Below, one piece after another: positions 62,352 to 64,000 of a stretch of 64,000 nt of DNA. The notes beneath the pieces were generated by a model that was not told the DNA's origin, ran no database searches, and saw only the letters and a list, made by a program, of their open reading frames with translations. This DNA is from Methanobacteriota archaeon. GTDB lineage: Archaea; Halobacteriota; Bog-38; Methanoflorentales; Methanoflorentaceae. Within the stretch, counting starts at the first letter, position 1. Each line of letters opens with the position of its first letter. The stretch is taken from positions 1,696,001 through 1,760,000 of the forward strand of contig OY970393.1 of assembly GCA_963720465.1 (NCBI GenBank), written 5' to 3'. A program made the translations under genes and the position numbers.

Positions 62352-63329
62352 ATGAATGAGCAATCGTCTGATTTTACAACGGATGCTTATGCATTAGAGG
62401 CGCAAGGCCTGACAAAGAGATACGGTGACCTGGTTGCGGTTGACGATCTCACCCTGCAAATTAAGAAGGGAGAGATATTCGGATTTTTAGGACCGAACGG
62501 AGCCGGAAAGACCACCGCGATCAACATGATGGTCGGACTGCTGAGCCCTACGGGCGGCGCGGTGCTCATCAACGGACAAGACCGGGCGCACGCGCCAAAA
62601 AGGAGCATAGGCATCTGTCCGCAAGAGCTCGTCTTGTGGGATGAGCTGACGTGCGCCGAGAACCTCACCGTCATCGGCGACATGTACGACCTTCCACGAG
62701 ACCTCACGAATGAGCGCGTGCGTTCATTGCTCGCAAGCCTGGCTCTCTCTGAAAAGGCGAAGACGCGCGTTTCGCAGCTATCTGGAGGCATGAAGCGCAG
62801 GCTCAATGTCGCGCTCGCCGTTATTCACGATCCTGATATCGTCGTGCTGGACGAACCCTCTGCAGGCCTAGACCCGCAGTCCCGCCTGCTGCTGTGGGAC
62901 TTCGTTCGCTCGCTCAAGAACAAGGAGGGAAAAACCATCGTCCTCACAACCCACGCCATGGAGGAGGCCGATGCATTGAGTGACCGCATCGCCATCATCG
63001 ACCACGGCAAGCTTCTTCAGCTCGACACCCCAGCGAACCTCAAAAAGACGATCGGTTCTGGTGATATCATCGAGATGCAACTCGCCGAACGGGAGAAGAA
63101 CGAAGCGGTGATGACCGACCTCAAAGCCGTCAACGGCATCCTAGAAATCCAAGAAATCAACGACGCGGGCGGAACGATCACCATACGAGCGTTAAACGCC
63201 GTTAGCCTCCTCCCTGAGATAATCGAACGCGTCGATGCGACTCGAACCCGCGTCTCGGATATTTCCATTCGGGAAAACACGCTCGAGGACGTCTTCATCT
63301 ATCTCACCGGAAGGGGGCTGCGGGAGTGA
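62352..63329 (+). CDS. ABC-2 exporter ATP-binding subunit
   Basis: GPNGAGKTT, LSGGMKRR, LDEPSAGLDP. Confidence 0.95.
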   Translation: MNEQSSDFTTDAYALEAQGLTKRYGDLVAVDDLTLQIKKGEIFGFLGPNGAGKTTAINMMVGLLSPTGGAVLINGQDRAHAPKRSIGICPQELVLWDELTCAENLTVIGDMYDLPRDLTNERVRSLLASLALSEKAKTRVSQLSGGMKRRLNVALAVIHDPDIVVLDEPSAGLDPQSRLLLWDFVRSLKNKEGKTIVLTTHAMEEADALSDRIAIIDHGKLLQLDTPANLKKTIGSGDIIEMQLAEREKNEAVMTDLKAVNGILEIQEINDAGGTITIRALNAVSLLPEIIERVDATRTRVSDISIRENTLEDVFIYLTGRGLRE

Positions 63330-64000
63330 CGGTCAAGTTTCTATCATTAGCGATAAAGGCGCTCAAGCAAACAATTCGAGACCGTCGCTCGCTCTTTTTC
63401 CTCCTGTTATTCCCTATTGTGTTCATGATCATTTTTGCCTTCGCCTTCGGCAGTCCCAGCTCGCTTGGTACAGGGACGGCGCCTCACGAGATTGCGGTCA
63501 TTAATCTCGACCGAGGGGCAACGGTGTCCATCAACAATACCACCCAGCACATCAACGACGGCGCGAGTCTCACGCAGCTCCTTGAAAACGTCACCTACGC
63601 GCAAACCGACACCCACATGTTCACCCTCAATAACGTGAGCGCAGATCAAGCTCAGACGATGCTTAAAAGTCGCGGCCTCGATGCGGTGATCACGATTCCG
63701 GAAAATTTCTCACAGGCGGTCGTTGCATTGGCCAATGCCTCTGCGCGGGCTGAAACGACCTCCGATATCGGGCTGCGGGTAATAAACGGAAGCACGGCTC
63801 AGCTGCCCGTGAATATAACGCTTCCGAAACAGAGCAACGTCACCGCACAGGTCATCGTCGAAGGGGACACGGGCAGTGCCGCATTTGGCGCCGCGCAAGT
63901 CCTGATCTTCAACGTCCTCCAACAGTACCAAAGCCAAATACAGGCCACGGCGATTCGACAGGTTGACGCCACGCTGGCACAAAACCAGAGCCAGAGCAAC
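63326..64000 (+). CDS. ABC-2 permease with large extracellular domain (partial)
   Basis: GTG overlaps the ATPase stop; MTVKFLSLAIKALKQTIRDRRSLFFLLLFPIVFM, IAVINLD; open to the window end. Confidence 0.88.
   Translation, partial: MTVKFLSLAIKALKQTIRDRRSLFFLLLFPIVFMIIFAFAFGSPSSLGTGTAPHEIAVINLDRGATVSINNTTQHINDGASLTQLLENVTYAQTDTHMFTLNNVSADQAQTMLKSRGLDAVITIPENFSQAVVALANASARAETTSDIGLRVINGSTAQLPVNITLPKQSNVTAQVIVEGDTGSAAFGAAQVLIFNVLQQYQSQIQATAIRQVDATLAQNQSQSN

Noticed and set aside
1-64000. CRISPR array or integron attC array
   Set aside because: No regularly spaced short repeats seen; genes are in mixed orientation and the repeats found are long gene-derived copies

Overview
Archaeal DNA: it has a TATA-binding protein gene, GGAGGTGA ribosome-binding sites, T-tract terminators and VAGC-type lipoboxes. 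The protein style suggests a Halobacteriota/Methanomicrobia-like organism, but that is inference. The whole 64 kb is accessory, with single genes in mixed orientation and no rRNA, intact tRNA, CRISPR array or intact transposase. Content is membrane transport and stress functions: 3 MFS, 4 ABC-2 sets, CPA1 antiporter, aquaporin, APC permease, CDF, K+ channel, ClC, P-type ATPase, glutamate decarboxylase, 2 HdeD/DUF308-like proteins, nitroreductases, Hsp20, hemerythrin and an extra TBP. These genes are interleaved with many gene relics. Main hidden structure: (1) an unannotated two-gene module, here called A and B, recurs four times. It is contiguous once, brackets about 0.85 kb and about 5.9 kb of different cargo in the same order and orientation twice, and is rearranged once. 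One copy lies next to Xer-type integrase relics. (2) A 42-bp 3' half of tRNA-His is fused to a hybrid-cluster-protein (hcp) fragment through the shared sequence CCTGTGGAG, the anticodon loop. (3) Three genes have large internal deletions that keep both ends. (4) There is a roughly 145-nt multi-hairpin ncRNA/MITE candidate. (5) Several RBS-led microproteins fall below the ORF-track cutoff. Many single-base frameshifts could be assembly errors.
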